From an uncultured Gammaproteobacteria bacterium (lineage in GTDB: Bacteria; Patescibacteriota; Microgenomatia; Levybacterales; UBA12049): DNA of 60,253 nucleotides. The number at the start of each line of letters is the position of its first letter. Position 1 is the first letter of the stretch. Made by a program: the position numbers and the translations under genes. The stretch spans positions 48,417 to 108,669 of the forward strand of contig CAZHKZ010000001.1 in NCBI GenBank assembly GCA_964533055.1, in the 5' to 3' direction. The notes beneath the pieces are model-generated. The model did no database searches and had not been told where the DNA came from. It worked only from the letters and a program-made list of their open reading frames with translations. Positions 1 to 8,749 of this stretch are shown one piece after another.

Positions 1-1049
1 AATTGCTCTAGGAAATCTAGGTCATTTGCATACAGCAATCGAAGATCATCAAGATCAAGTCCTTCTTTCATGGTAAGCACCCTTTCAACTCCCCAACCAG
101 ATGCAAAGCCAGAATACTTTTCAGGGTCAAGACCAACGTTGCGGATGACATTTGGGTGGACCATGCCTGCCCCGCCCAATTCTAGCCAACCCTCTTTGCA
201 CATTCGGCAAGTATCTCCATTTGAGAGCTTGGAAGTGCCATTGCAGACGCCACAGGACAGGTCTGTCTCAAATGATGGTTCGGTGAATTGGAAATGGTAA
301 GGTCTAATACGCGACTTTCGTTCTTTTCCAAAATATGATTTTACGAAGTAGTCCAGAACTCCTTTCAGATGTGTGATCGACATATCCTCACCAATCACAA
401 GGGTCTCAAATTGGTGAAACATTGGGACATGTGAGACATCAGACTGTCTTCGATATGTTTTGGCGATGTTGAGCATTTTAATCGGAAAGACTCCTTTCTC
501 CATTTCTCGAATTTGCCCAGATGAAGTATGAGGTGTGAGAAGAACTGATCCATATTTTTTATCTGCTTCCTGTTCAATAAAGAATGTCTCCCAGTCATCT
601 CGAGCTGGATGATTGTCGGGGAAATTGAGCGCACCGAAAGCATACCAGTCCCACTCAACCTCGGGATGACTAACGCGTTGAAAGCCAATGCTCTCAAAAA
701 TTTTGGTGATATCTGCAATTGCCTGTGTGACTAAGTGAAGGTGGCCAAGTGGTGGTCTTATGCCAGGGTCTGTGACATCGATCTTTTTTATTTGCTCAAT
801 TTTTTTCTCGTGGCTACTCCCCTTCGCGCTTTTCATCGCATCTTCAATAATTGATTTGACTTCATTTGCGAGCTTACCCATCTCAGGTCGAGATTCGATT
901 GGGAGCTGGGCAATCTCTTTCATTGCTAAAGTCAGTGCGCCACTTCTACCAAGGAATTGAAGTTTGATCTCATCAAGATCCTCGTTATTTTTTGCATCCA
1001 AAATCAGCGAAACGGCATTATTTTTGATGTTCATTAATTCATTTTCCAT
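1..1049 (-). CDS. pheS: phenylalanine--tRNA ligase alpha subunit (3' end truncated by window edge)
   Basis: Absent from the ORF track because its stop lies outside the window. My minus-strand translation from the ATG at 1049 gives MENELMNIKNNA...LLTPHTSSGQIR...FQFTEPSFE...LGGAGMVHPNVIRNVGLDPEKYSGFASGWGVERV, which are typical PheS class II motifs. It follows rplT as in the conserved operon. Confidence 0.93.
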   Translation of the reverse strand, partial: MENELMNIKNNAVSLILDAKNNEDLDEIKLQFLGRSGALTLAMKEIAQLPIESRPEMGKLANEVKSIIEDAMKSAKGSSHEKKIEQIKKIDVTDPGIRPPLGHLHLVTQAIADITKIFESIGFQRVSHPEVEWDWYAFGALNFPDNHPARDDWETFFIEQEADKKYGSVLLTPHTSSGQIREMEKGVFPIKMLNIAKTYRRQSDVSHVPMFHQFETLVIGEDMSITHLKGVLDYFVKSYFGKERKSRIRPYHFQFTEPSFETDLSCGVCNGTSKLSNGDTCRMCKEGWLELGGAGMVHPNVIRNVGLDPEKYSGFASGWGVERVLTMKEGLDLDDLRLLYANDLDFLEQ

Positions 1050-1106
1050 ATGCTTACTGTATCACAAGTTAGTCTCGCGTATAAAGATTACATTTAGCAA
1101 TTTTTA

Positions 1107-1538
1107 CTATGAGAATCCAGGGATGTATCCAGAAATTGCACTTTTAATTGCTTGGCTACCCACTCTCTTGGTAGCAATCTCAACTTTTTTTCTAGCAAGA
1201 TAAAATGTTTGTTTTGAGATTGTTCGTTCAAGCGAGAGCTGGCTCTGTTGAGGATCAGTATCTTTGCCTAAAATATCTTGAGTTGATTCATAGTGTCCAA
1301 GGACTGCATCTATTTGGTCTTCATCTGTAGTCTTTGTGATTCTTTCACTTATCTCTCCAAGCAATTCTGTATATCCATAGATAGGCCCTGCCTCAGCATA
1401 TCTTGGATTTGCATTGAGCGGATGGAGTGCTCCCTCATCAAGGATTCGCTCTTGTCGAACTCTTTGTTCAATCGCAGTTGAGATCTCCGATAAAGGAGCT
1501 TTTCCAAGTGAATATGATAGTTGTTCTTGTTTTGCCAT
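1107..1538 (-). CDS. hypothetical protein (143 aa) inserted between rplT and pheS
   Basis: ORF with balanced composition. GGAGG lies 6 nt before the ATG. No family recognised. Confidence 0.6.
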   Translation of the reverse strand: MAKQEQLSYSLGKAPLSEISTAIEQRVRQERILDEGALHPLNANPRYAEAGPIYGYTELLGEISERITKTTDEDQIDAVLGHYESTQDILGKDTDPQQSQLSLERTISKQTFYLARKKVEIATKRVGSQAIKSAISGYIPGFS

Positions 1539-1577
1539 AAAAAAACCTCCACGTAGTCCCTTTCAAGGGAGTGGAGG
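1539..1577 (-). terminator. intrinsic terminator-like hairpin after rplT whose 3' arm carries the SD of the next gene
   Basis: Minus strand reads CCTCCAC-TCCCTTGAAAGGGA-CTAC-GTGGAGG followed by TTTTTT and then the ATG at 1538. Confidence 0.6.
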
Positions 1578-1652
1578 TGCATTTTCATCAAATTTACCTC
1601 CGCTTACGCGAAAGTAAAGAAGAAAGAAAATTTCTGTGTTGATGAAATCATA

Positions 1653-2003
1653 TTATGCTTTTTTGACGTGCTCAACGAGCTTTGTGAATGATTCAGGATC
1701 GTTAACAATCAAGTCACTTAAAATCTTTCTGTCGATCTCGATGTTAGACTTTTTCAGTTGATTCATGAGAGCGCTGTATGAGGTGTCGTGCTTTTTTGCA
1801 GCTTCACCAATACGAGTAATCCAGAGCGTGCGGAAATCTCTCTTGCGGAGTTTGCGGCCGTGAAATGCATAAGCACCAGCGTGAAGAGAAGCTTCATGGC
1901 CTACGCGAACGAGTCGCGACTTTGTACCACGGAAACCCTTCGTTAAATCATGAAGTTTATTATGTTTTCTGCGTGAGACGACGCCTCGTTTTACTCTTGC
2001 CAT
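1653..2003 (-). CDS. rplT: 50S ribosomal protein L20
   Basis: MARVKRGVVSRRKHNK...FRTLWITRI, the L20 signature. Start trimmed to the internal ATG at 2003 (the ORF track extends to 2045). Confidence 0.95.
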   Translation of the reverse strand: MARVKRGVVSRRKHNKLHDLTKGFRGTKSRLVRVGHEASLHAGAYAFHGRKLRKRDFRTLWITRIGEAAKKHDTSYSALMNQLKKSNIEIDRKILSDLIVNDPESFTKLVEHVKKA

Positions 2004-2007
2004 AGAA

Positions 2008-2205
2008 TTATGCTTCTCCCAACATCTGCTTAATCTTTTTTGCAAATGCTCCTGTTAAAATACCTGTTTCTTTCTGTCTTCTAATGCGTCTTTTTGACTT
2101 CAAAAGTTTTTTGTGACTCCCATATTGATGAGAGAACAACACCTTACCAGTCTTTGTGACTTTAAAGCGTTTTGATACTGCACCTTTGATCTTTTTCTTA
2201 TTCAT
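2008..2205 (-). CDS. rpmI: 50S ribosomal protein L35
   Basis: 65-aa basic protein, MNKKKIKGAVSKRFKVTKTGKV..., between infC and rplT. Confidence 0.93.
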   Translation of the reverse strand: MNKKKIKGAVSKRFKVTKTGKVLFSHQYGSHKKLLKSKRRIRRQKETGILTGAFAKKIKQMLGEA

Positions 2206-2788
2206 TTTTATTTTCAGTTGATGGCTGGTCAGCTTCTGGCTGGGCCTTCTTCCTTTCAGGTGAGATTAGTGCGACCATTTGTTTGCCTTCGATTCTAGGA
2301 TCTCTATCAACTTTTGATACGTCATCTAGGGCGCGGGTCACTTTTCCCATTGTTTGGTAGCCAAATTCTGGGTGAGTAATCTGTCGTCCTCTGAATTTGA
2401 GAACGAGTCTGATCTTGTCTCCATCTTCCAGAAAGTCTCTACCTTTTCTAACGACGACTTCAAGGTCGTGGTCAGACATGAAGGGTCCAAGTCTAATTTC
2501 TTTTGTCTCGGATACCTTCGCTTTTTTCTTTTCTTCCTGCTTCTTTTTCGATTGCTGATAAAGGAATTTGTTAAAATCTACGATTTTAACAACAGGTGGC
2601 TTTGCAGTGGCAGCAACTTCTACGAGATCAAGTCCTTGTTCTCGAGCAAGATCGAGCGCTTCCATGCGGGACAGCACTCCAATTTGTTTGTTATCTGCAT
2701 CTAGTACTCTGAATTGCTGACCAAAAATTCGATCATTTGTTCTGTAATAGACTTTTTTCTCCTGTTTGGCTCTACTTCTTTTTATCAA
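2198..2788 (-). CDS. infC: translation initiation factor IF-3 (start codon uncertain)
   Basis: FRVLDADNKQIGVLSRMEALDLAREQGLDLVEV...PPVVKIVDFNKFLYQ plus the C-domain KEIRLGPFMSDHDLEVVVRK. The longest ORF starts at TTG 2788 and overlaps the thrS stop. IF-3 genes classically use atypical start codons. Confidence 0.9.
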   Translation of the reverse strand: MIKRSRAKQEKKVYYRTNDRIFGQQFRVLDADNKQIGVLSRMEALDLAREQGLDLVEVAATAKPPVVKIVDFNKFLYQQSKKKQEEKKKAKVSETKEIRLGPFMSDHDLEVVVRKGRDFLEDGDKIRLVLKFRGRQITHPEFGYQTMGKVTRALDDVSKVDRDPRIEGKQMVALISPERKKAQPEADQPSTENKNE

Positions 2789-4502
2789 TTGTTTCTTTTA
2801 CCTTTTGTAGAATTTGGTCTGATCCAAGTGTACCCAGATCTTCCCCATTCAACAAACGAATAGAAATAGCATCGTCTGCTACTTCTTTGTCCCCTATTAT
2901 ACCCATAAAGGGTACTTTTTGTAAAGTAGCCTCACGTATCTTGGCCTGAAGTGTATCTGAATGTGAGTTAATTTCAGCTCGAATACCTAAATCTTGAAGC
3001 ATCTCTGCGATCTTTTCAGCGTGTGAAGTGTGTCTATCTGCGATTGGGAGGAGCATTATTTGGACAGGAGCAAGCCAAGATGGCATGATACCTGCATAGT
3101 GCTCAATAAGGACCCCTAAGAACCGTTCTAGTGACCCGTAGATAGCTCGATGGATGACAACGGGAGTCTGTTGTTTGCCTTGATTGTCGATATACGACAG
3201 GTCAAAACGCTTTGGTTGTTGGAAATCTAGCTGAATTGTCCCTGTCTGCCACTCTCTATTGAGAGAGTCCTTCATAAGAATGTCTATTTTTGGTCCATAG
3301 AACGCACCTTCCCCCGCTGCTTCAAAGAATTCAAAGCCTGATTCTTCAAGTGCTCCTTTGAGAATAGATTCTGCTTCATTCCAATCTTTCTCCTCTCCCA
3401 TAAAGTTCTCTGGTCGAGTTCCAAAGCGTAGCTTATATGTCAGATCAAATGGAGCATACATCTCCCCGATCATTTTCATAAGTGAATTGAACTCTGTCTT
3501 GACTTGTGAAAGCATGAGGAAGATGTGTCCATCATCTTGCCTAAATTGGCGAGCTCTAAAGAGCCCATTGAGTGTTCCTGAGAGTTCAAAGCGGTGAAGT
3601 AGACTGGTATCAGCAAGTCGAAGTGGAAGTTCGTTGTATGATCTCGTGCGTAGATCAAAGATGCGCATAGCATTTGGACAGTTCATCGGCTTGATGCCAA
3701 AGACTTCTCCCTCACCCATGTCTGAGACGAACATATCGTTTTTATAATGTTCCCAATGGCCAGAAGTTACATAGAGATCACTCTTATTGAGCTGTGGTGT
3801 TGCAACTTCTTGGTATCCATACTTCTTGTACATTTCGCGTGCATATCCATAAAGTGAATTGTAGATGGTGAGCCCTTTAGGTAGCCAGTATGTCATGCCC
3901 GGCGAGGTCTCATCGAACATAAAGAGGTCAAGCTCGCGACCTAATTTCTTATGATCTCTTTTCTTCGCCTCTTCAAGCATTGAAAGATGGAGATCTAGTT
4001 CTTCCTTTGAGGCAAAAGAAGTGCCGTATATGCGAGTAAGCATTTTGTTTTTCTCACTGCCTCTCCAATATGCGCCAGCAACTGAGAGAAGTTTGAAAGA
4101 ACCGATATCCTCTTTTGGGTGTTCGCTGTGTCCGCCTCGACAGAGATCTTCAAAGTAGCCTGCTTTGTAGAAAGTGATCGGTTCATTTTTGGCTACGATT
4201 TCATCGATAAGTTCTAATTTGTAAGGGTTGTCTTTGTAAAATGTCCTTGCTTCTTCCTCTGTCACTTCTCGCTTAACAAATCCCTCCCAGCCTTTGAGAG
4301 TATCGTGCATCATCTTTTCAATTTTTGCAAAATCAGCATCAGAAAACGTAACTCCAGCTGGAAGCTCCATGTCGTAATAGAATCCACTTTCTATCGCAGG
4401 ACCAATGGTGAGCTTGGTAGTTGGGTGCATTCGTAAAACTGCAGCAGCTAGAAGGTGAGCTGTTGAGTGGCGGATATGTTCGAGAGACTCTGAGTTGTTC
4501 AT
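2772..4502 (-). CDS. thrS: threonine--tRNA ligase lacking the N-terminal TGS domain
   Basis: Begins at the editing-domain HSTAHLL motif. Contains CRGGH, the class II core and an anticodon-binding domain. 576 aa versus ~640 typical. TGCTATAGT box lies 6 nt before the ATG. Confidence 0.95.
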   Translation of the reverse strand: MNNSESLEHIRHSTAHLLAAAVLRMHPTTKLTIGPAIESGFYYDMELPAGVTFSDADFAKIEKMMHDTLKGWEGFVKREVTEEEARTFYKDNPYKLELIDEIVAKNEPITFYKAGYFEDLCRGGHSEHPKEDIGSFKLLSVAGAYWRGSEKNKMLTRIYGTSFASKEELDLHLSMLEEAKKRDHKKLGRELDLFMFDETSPGMTYWLPKGLTIYNSLYGYAREMYKKYGYQEVATPQLNKSDLYVTSGHWEHYKNDMFVSDMGEGEVFGIKPMNCPNAMRIFDLRTRSYNELPLRLADTSLLHRFELSGTLNGLFRARQFRQDDGHIFLMLSQVKTEFNSLMKMIGEMYAPFDLTYKLRFGTRPENFMGEEKDWNEAESILKGALEESGFEFFEAAGEGAFYGPKIDILMKDSLNREWQTGTIQLDFQQPKRFDLSYIDNQGKQQTPVVIHRAIYGSLERFLGVLIEHYAGIMPSWLAPVQIMLLPIADRHTSHAEKIAEMLQDLGIRAEINSHSDTLQAKIREATLQKVPFMGIIGDKEVADDAISIRLLNGEDLGTLGSDQILQKVKETIDKKK

Positions 4503-4530
4503 AGCTGTACTATAGCAAAATTACGTATCT

Positions 4531-5214
4531 CTATAAAGCCGTAGTTGTAGTAAGGTTTATTTTCTCTTCAGAAGTTAAAAGTAGATCAATGAGCGATAGC
4601 ATATTTTTGGTTGAAACATAAAATTCACAGTTTTTCTTAACTTTTTCTCGGACGACTATTCCCCCAAAGCCAATAAAGGTTTTGATATATGGCTTAGTTG
4701 CGAGATCTGTGACACTGTCACCTACAAATGCAACAGCCTTTGTTGGATCAAAGTTCTTAACAAATGTTGCTTTGCCATCAGCCCTAGTCAGGATATTTTT
4801 TGGATCGATACCTGCATAGTCTCCATTCGCATTAAAAAAGACTGTGTTGCTCTGGATATTGGAGATGTTTAAAAATCTTGATAGTGGGACTATCGCTTCA
4901 TGTAGGCCACCGGTGACTAGCCAAAGCTCTTTGTTGCGCTGGTGAAGAAGTGATACAAGTTCTTTAGCGCCTGGCGTAAGACAGGTTAGATAATGTTCTC
5001 CCACTGCCTGAAGCTCTTTTCTTGAAGGCGCAAGGATGTCAATTTTTTTCTGGAAGACCTCATCGATGAGTACTACTCCGTCCATGGAAAGTTGGGTAAG
5101 ACGCCTCACCTGTTCTCCAACACCTTTTTGGTCAGCAAGCCAGTCGACTCCTTCGCATGACACAAGCGTGCTATCAACGTCAAAACAAATAATGTCATGG
5201 TATGTAGGATCCAT
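4531..5214 (-). CDS. HAD-superfamily hydrolase, phosphoserine-phosphatase-like
   Basis: Motif I FDVDSTL(VSCEGVDWLA) and motif IV GDSVTD. Confidence 0.75.
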   Translation of the reverse strand: MDPTYHDIICFDVDSTLVSCEGVDWLADQKGVGEQVRRLTQLSMDGVVLIDEVFQKKIDILAPSRKELQAVGEHYLTCLTPGAKELVSLLHQRNKELWLVTGGLHEAIVPLSRFLNISNIQSNTVFFNANGDYAGIDPKNILTRADGKATFVKNFDPTKAVAFVGDSVTDLATKPYIKTFIGFGGIVVREKVKKNCEFYVSTKNMLSLIDLLLTSEEKINLTTTTAL

Positions 5215-5225
5215 GGGAATATGAG

Positions 5226-5468
5226 TTATGGGCGAGGAATACTGCTGTTGTTAGACAGAACAAAGTCTATGATATCTGATGTAAATTTTCCAACAATAGG
5301 GACGAGATTGATGTAGCTTGAAAGAAGTGTCAATAGTGCAAGAAGGAGTGAGAATCCGATAGTTACGCCTAGTGCCCAGAAAACGCCACCAACAAAGTTG
5401 TTGGCCATAATTCTCTTAAATGAATATTTATGAACTGCTCTTTCGTGTGGCTGAATTTCTGAAACCAT
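5226..5468 (-). CDS. small two-TM membrane protein (80 aa)
   Basis: Hydrophobic segments FVGGVFWALGVTIGFSLLLALLTLL. Tightly spaced upstream of the HAD gene. Confidence 0.6.
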   Translation of the reverse strand: MVSEIQPHERAVHKYSFKRIMANNFVGGVFWALGVTIGFSLLLALLTLLSSYINLVPIVGKFTSDIIDFVLSNNSSIPRP

Positions 5469-5497
5469 GTCTAAAGTATAGATAGGAAAATCTGTCT

Positions 5498-6073
5498 TTA
5501 CAATCCCAAATCTGTACTTATCCCTTGCATCGCCTTTAGATTAATTTCGATAAATTCTTTTAGCGGTATTTTAAGCTTTTCTTCACATTTTTCAATCATG
5601 CGTCTATCTGCGCCCTTAGCAAACGAGCTAGAGTTGAATCTTTTCAGAATGAAATCTGTAGTGAGTGGTGCGAGTTTCTTATCTGGGTGTATTAGCGCAC
5701 ATGCAACAATGATCCCAGTGAGCTGATCACAGATCGCTATTGACCAATCTAGAAGTGTCTTCGGAAGAACGAGGGTTCTTTCATAGTTGTGAGCCTTGAT
5801 GGCGTAGGCTATCTCCTTCGGGATCTTGTCGCCTTCTTTATCAATGAGCAGAGTGCCGTGTATCTCAGGTCGTCCTTTGCAGAGTTCATAGTCAGCGTCA
5901 TGTAAAAGTCCTGTGATCCCCCACTCCGCTTCTCCTTCTGGCGTATAGTTGGGCCCAGTATAGAATTTCTTGTAAAGTGCCTTCATGACTGCCTCAGTGG
6001 CGTAGCAGTGCTTGATGAGGTTCTGATTTTTGACGTACTTGGTGAGGATTTTGAAAGCTTGGTCGCGGTCCAT
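5498..6073 (-). CDS. HD-domain phosphohydrolase
   Basis: LLHDADYE motif. Start trimmed to the ATG at 6073 because the longer ORF would overlap tRNA-Val. TATACT lies 6 nt upstream of this ATG. Confidence 0.8.
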   Translation of the reverse strand: MDRDQAFKILTKYVKNQNLIKHCYATEAVMKALYKKFYTGPNYTPEGEAEWGITGLLHDADYELCKGRPEIHGTLLIDKEGDKIPKEIAYAIKAHNYERTLVLPKTLLDWSIAICDQLTGIIVACALIHPDKKLAPLTTDFILKRFNSSSFAKGADRRMIEKCEEKLKIPLKEFIEINLKAMQGISTDLGL

Positions 6074-6109
6074 AAGGATAGTATACAGCAGAAAGAATAA
6101 AGAATTAAG

Positions 6110-6183
6110 TGGGCCCAAGAGAACTCGAATCTCTGACCTCGTCAATGTCAATGACGCGCTCTAACCAACTGAGCTATGAGCCC
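6110..6183 (-). tRNA. tRNA-Val (anticodon GAC)
   Basis: Hand-folded cloverleaf: GGGCTCA acceptor, TAGCTCAGTTGGTTAGAGC D-arm, CGTCA-TTGACAT-TGACG anticodon arm, GGTTCGAG-like T-arm (AGATTCGAGTTCT). Confidence 0.9.
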
Positions 6184-6236
6184 GAATGAAATGAATTTTA
6201 TCAGAAATGAAGGAGAGTAACAATGAAAGCTAGATG

Positions 6237-6266
6237 TACCGTCCCGATGAAAATCGGGACGGTACG
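6237..6266 (-). terminator. perfect 12-bp hairpin downstream of the GC-rich gene
   Basis: GTACCGTCCCGA-TGAAAA-TCGGGACGGTAC. No clean U-run, so function as a terminator is inferred. Confidence 0.4.
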
Positions 6267-6308
6267 GGTAGTCCGCATGTAGCGGAAAAATTTCTCATCA
6301 GAGATCGG

Positions 6309-6806
6309 CTATGCCGGCGCAGTGCGAAGTGCGTTATTGGGATTTCTTCCTTCACGGATCGTGTTGTTGAGCTTCTCCGAGAAATGACTCGTGACGTTTC
6401 TTTTTGCTTCCTCGATGGTCGCTCCCCAGCTGATTCTCCATGCATTCTTTTGACCACAGTCGGCCCTTTTGAGCACAGGAACATACGCTGGGCATTCTGG
6501 ATTGGCAGGCCAAACATACTCATCTGAGTATGTTCCGCCAAGTACTGGCATGACGAAGCCGCTGTCAAAAATGATCCATCGATCGACAAACCGAACAGGG
6601 TCTGCTGTCTCAGGAACGTTGTCGACGTGCTCTTTAAGAGTTTCGAGTGCTTTGGCACGTGCAAGTGCGCATGCCATGAACTCCGCAAAGTTGCGAAACG
6701 TATTTTGCCTTTTAAAGGCCTTTCGCGGGTTGGCGAAGAGCCGAGACAGCTCATCTGCCTCAGCGCTTGGGTACTGTGAAACTGGTCCAAGTATCTGAAC
6801 TCCCAT
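6309..6806 (-). CDS. hypothetical protein (165 aa) in a locally GC-rich segment
   Basis: Only this frame has protein-like composition; the overlapping frames are R/S-rich junk. Strong SD, AAAGGAGAAATCATC-ATG. No family recognised. Confidence 0.65.
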   Translation of the reverse strand: MGVQILGPVSQYPSAEADELSRLFANPRKAFKRQNTFRNFAEFMACALARAKALETLKEHVDNVPETADPVRFVDRWIIFDSGFVMPVLGGTYSDEYVWPANPECPAYVPVLKRADCGQKNAWRISWGATIEEAKRNVTSHFSEKLNNTIREGRNPNNALRTAPA

Positions 6807-7022
6807 GATGATTTCTCCTTTGGGTGTAGTCCCAGTGATTCGGGTGTATGTAGAGCGCTCTACCCTTTACCCGCTCTAGTTCCGTTATGCGGAACTTGAG
6901 TGGATAAAGGATGAGTCTTCAGCTATCTTGATGAGAAATTGTTAAGGTACGAGACATCACGTATAGAATCTTCTTCCTATGTTTTTGAACGCTGTTGTTC
7001 AAAGCTAGGCCGTATTTTCCAC

Positions 7023-7045
7023 AAAAAAACCTCCCATTTGGGAGG
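7023..7045 (-). terminator. intrinsic terminator
   Basis: Minus strand CCTCCCAAATGGGAGG followed by TTTTTTT. Confidence 0.8.
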
Positions 7046-7073
7046 CGGTCGTGTGTCTGATGGTTTTTAGATA

Positions 7074-7148
7074 TTATCTTCTTACCACGTCACAGCCGCC
7101 TTCTGTAAGAAGGAGGACTGAAACGACAATAAGAAGATTTCTAGACAT
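7074..7148 (-). CDS. candidate 24-aa hydrophobic micro-protein (MSRNLLIVVSVLLLTEGGCDVVRR), or a small RNA
   Basis: Below the ORF-track cutoff. Sits between a consensus promoter and an intrinsic terminator. The ATG is 8 nt after the -10 box, matching the leaderless spacing seen elsewhere in this window. Confidence 0.35.
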   Translation of the reverse strand: MSRNLLIVVSVLLLTEGGCDVVRR

Positions 7149-7156
7149 TGTTTGTT

Positions 7157-7185
7157 ATTGTAAAACCAGTAGCTTTGTTTGTCAA
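7157..7185 (-). promoter_or_regulatory. sigma70-type promoter
   Basis: Minus strand TTGACA-17 nt-TACAAT. Confidence 0.7.
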
Positions 7186-7189
7186 TATT

Positions 7190-7867
7190 TTATCCAGTCT
7201 GGGTAGCTACTGAGCGTTCGTTAGACATGCCAAATGATGTGCCTTTACTCTTGTACTGACTCCAATAATCTTTCTTGCCACCCTTGCCTTTTGCTGCAGA
7301 TAGCCAAGCTCCGGAATCTTCGACCTTTCTCCGAGCATCTTGAATAACAAGGACCATCCAGGAAAGGAAATTAATATGGTATTTACCGATTTTCGGTGCA
7401 GTATTTACTTGGTACTCGCCATATGTCGCCTGCACTATTTTGTCAGCTGATGATACTAGGCGAGCAAGTTCTGCCTGAATCTGTTGAATTTGTTGCTTGA
7501 GCTCAGAGCTCTCCTTACTTGATGATCGCTCACTCTGTCTGACTATTTCTTTGTGATAGTCCATCGCTGGAGCCGCATGCTCTCTCTTTTCGCTCACTGG
7601 CTTGTGCTCCACTTTTGGCTTATGTGCTTTTAGATCAATCGCCTCTCCCATCTGCATGTCACCGCTTTTAGGAAGAGTCGCATTAGTCTCATAGCTTCTA
7701 ATTCCGAGAAGTTGATCAAAGATATCTGAAGGAGTATTTTGGATATTTTGTTTGATATCTTTTGCGAAGGCTGAAGGGAGATCGCCCAACCCAATGGAGG
7801 AGGCTTCGATATGGTTTTTGGAGGCTAACTGCCTCTTATTTGATGCAATTAGTTTACTATTTGCCAT
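7190..7867 (-). CDS. hypothetical protein (225 aa) with a coiled-coil and a hydrophobic segment
   Basis: Long ORF. ELKQQIQQIQAELARLV coiled-coil-like stretch. HINFLSWMVLVI hydrophobic stretch. Confidence 0.65.
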   Translation of the reverse strand: MANSKLIASNKRQLASKNHIEASSIGLGDLPSAFAKDIKQNIQNTPSDIFDQLLGIRSYETNATLPKSGDMQMGEAIDLKAHKPKVEHKPVSEKREHAAPAMDYHKEIVRQSERSSSKESSELKQQIQQIQAELARLVSSADKIVQATYGEYQVNTAPKIGKYHINFLSWMVLVIQDARRKVEDSGAWLSAAKGKGGKKDYWSQYKSKGTSFGMSNERSVATQTG

Positions 7868-7882
7868 TCTGGCCGCAATTTA

Positions 7883-8710
7883 TCACAGATTACGTAGGAA
7901 ATCAAGAGTTTTCTGTTGTCTTATAATACTTGAAAGAAGGTGTCTATTTTGTTCAAGATTGGCTCTTTCAGCATCCGTTTTTGCTGTATGAATCGCCTCT
8001 TCGACCTCTTTCTCTTCGACTGTGATCTTCTCAGTCTCAGCGATCTTTGCTAAGACAAATTCGACCTTGATATCGTTTTGTGCTTTTTCTGCGAAGTCTT
8101 CGCGCAGCTTCTCAGGTGTTTTATTGGTAGAGCCAAGATACTGTTCAAGTGTGAGCCCAAGACTCTTGATCTCATCTAGTGTTTGGGAAAGAAGTCTGTC
8201 TACTTCGAATTCTACAAGGATCTTAGGGATTGCGACCGTTGACTTCTGGACGATTGGCATGAGGATATCATCAACATTTACAGTCTCCTGCTCTTTTCCA
8301 GGAACTATAATTTTACTTTTTGCAGTTACATCCTTAACAGCCTTTTTGTACTCTCCAAGTGTAACTTCAGGCATCTCGCATGTTTCTGCAGTAAATACCC
8401 AATCTCCCCCATCATCCAGCTTTTGAACATGGATCTTTGGATTAACGATTGGGCGCAATTTATGCTCTGTGATTGCCTGAATATATGCTTCAGGAAGGAG
8501 TTTTTTGAGTGTTTCTTCTTTAAGTGCTTCAGAAGAAGTAGCTTCCTCAACAAGCTTTTTTGGAGCTTTGCCTTTGCGAAAGCCAGGTACCTTAGCATTA
8601 CCTACTGTCTGATCTACAACAGTCTCGGATGCCTTTTTAACGTCAGATGCAGGAATAGTAATGGTGAGTTGAAGTGTGCCATCCTCAAGGCGTGCAAATG
8701 ATGAATTCAT
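7883..8710 (-). CDS. tig: trigger factor lacking the PPIase (FKBP) domain
   Basis: Ribosome-binding signature VPGFRKGKAPKKLV and a C-terminal arm-domain-like region (IPKILVEFEVDRLL...). Only 275 aa. Start set to the ATG at 8710, 6 nt after TGATATAAT. Confidence 0.85.
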   Translation of the reverse strand: MNSSFARLEDGTLQLTITIPASDVKKASETVVDQTVGNAKVPGFRKGKAPKKLVEEATSSEALKEETLKKLLPEAYIQAITEHKLRPIVNPKIHVQKLDDGGDWVFTAETCEMPEVTLGEYKKAVKDVTAKSKIIVPGKEQETVNVDDILMPIVQKSTVAIPKILVEFEVDRLLSQTLDEIKSLGLTLEQYLGSTNKTPEKLREDFAEKAQNDIKVEFVLAKIAETEKITVEEKEVEEAIHTAKTDAERANLEQNRHLLSSIIRQQKTLDFLRNL

Positions 8711-8749
8711 ATACACATTATATCAGGTTTGGCTTGAGTAGCCAAGATA

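Noticed and set aside
6230-6798. Overlapping long ORFs in other frames and on the other strand (6230-6790 minus, 6234-6527 plus, 6469-6798 plus).
   Set aside because: Their translations are Arg/Ser/Pro-rich, with junk composition typical of off-frame reading of GC-rich DNA. Only the 6309-6806 minus frame has protein-like composition and an SD.
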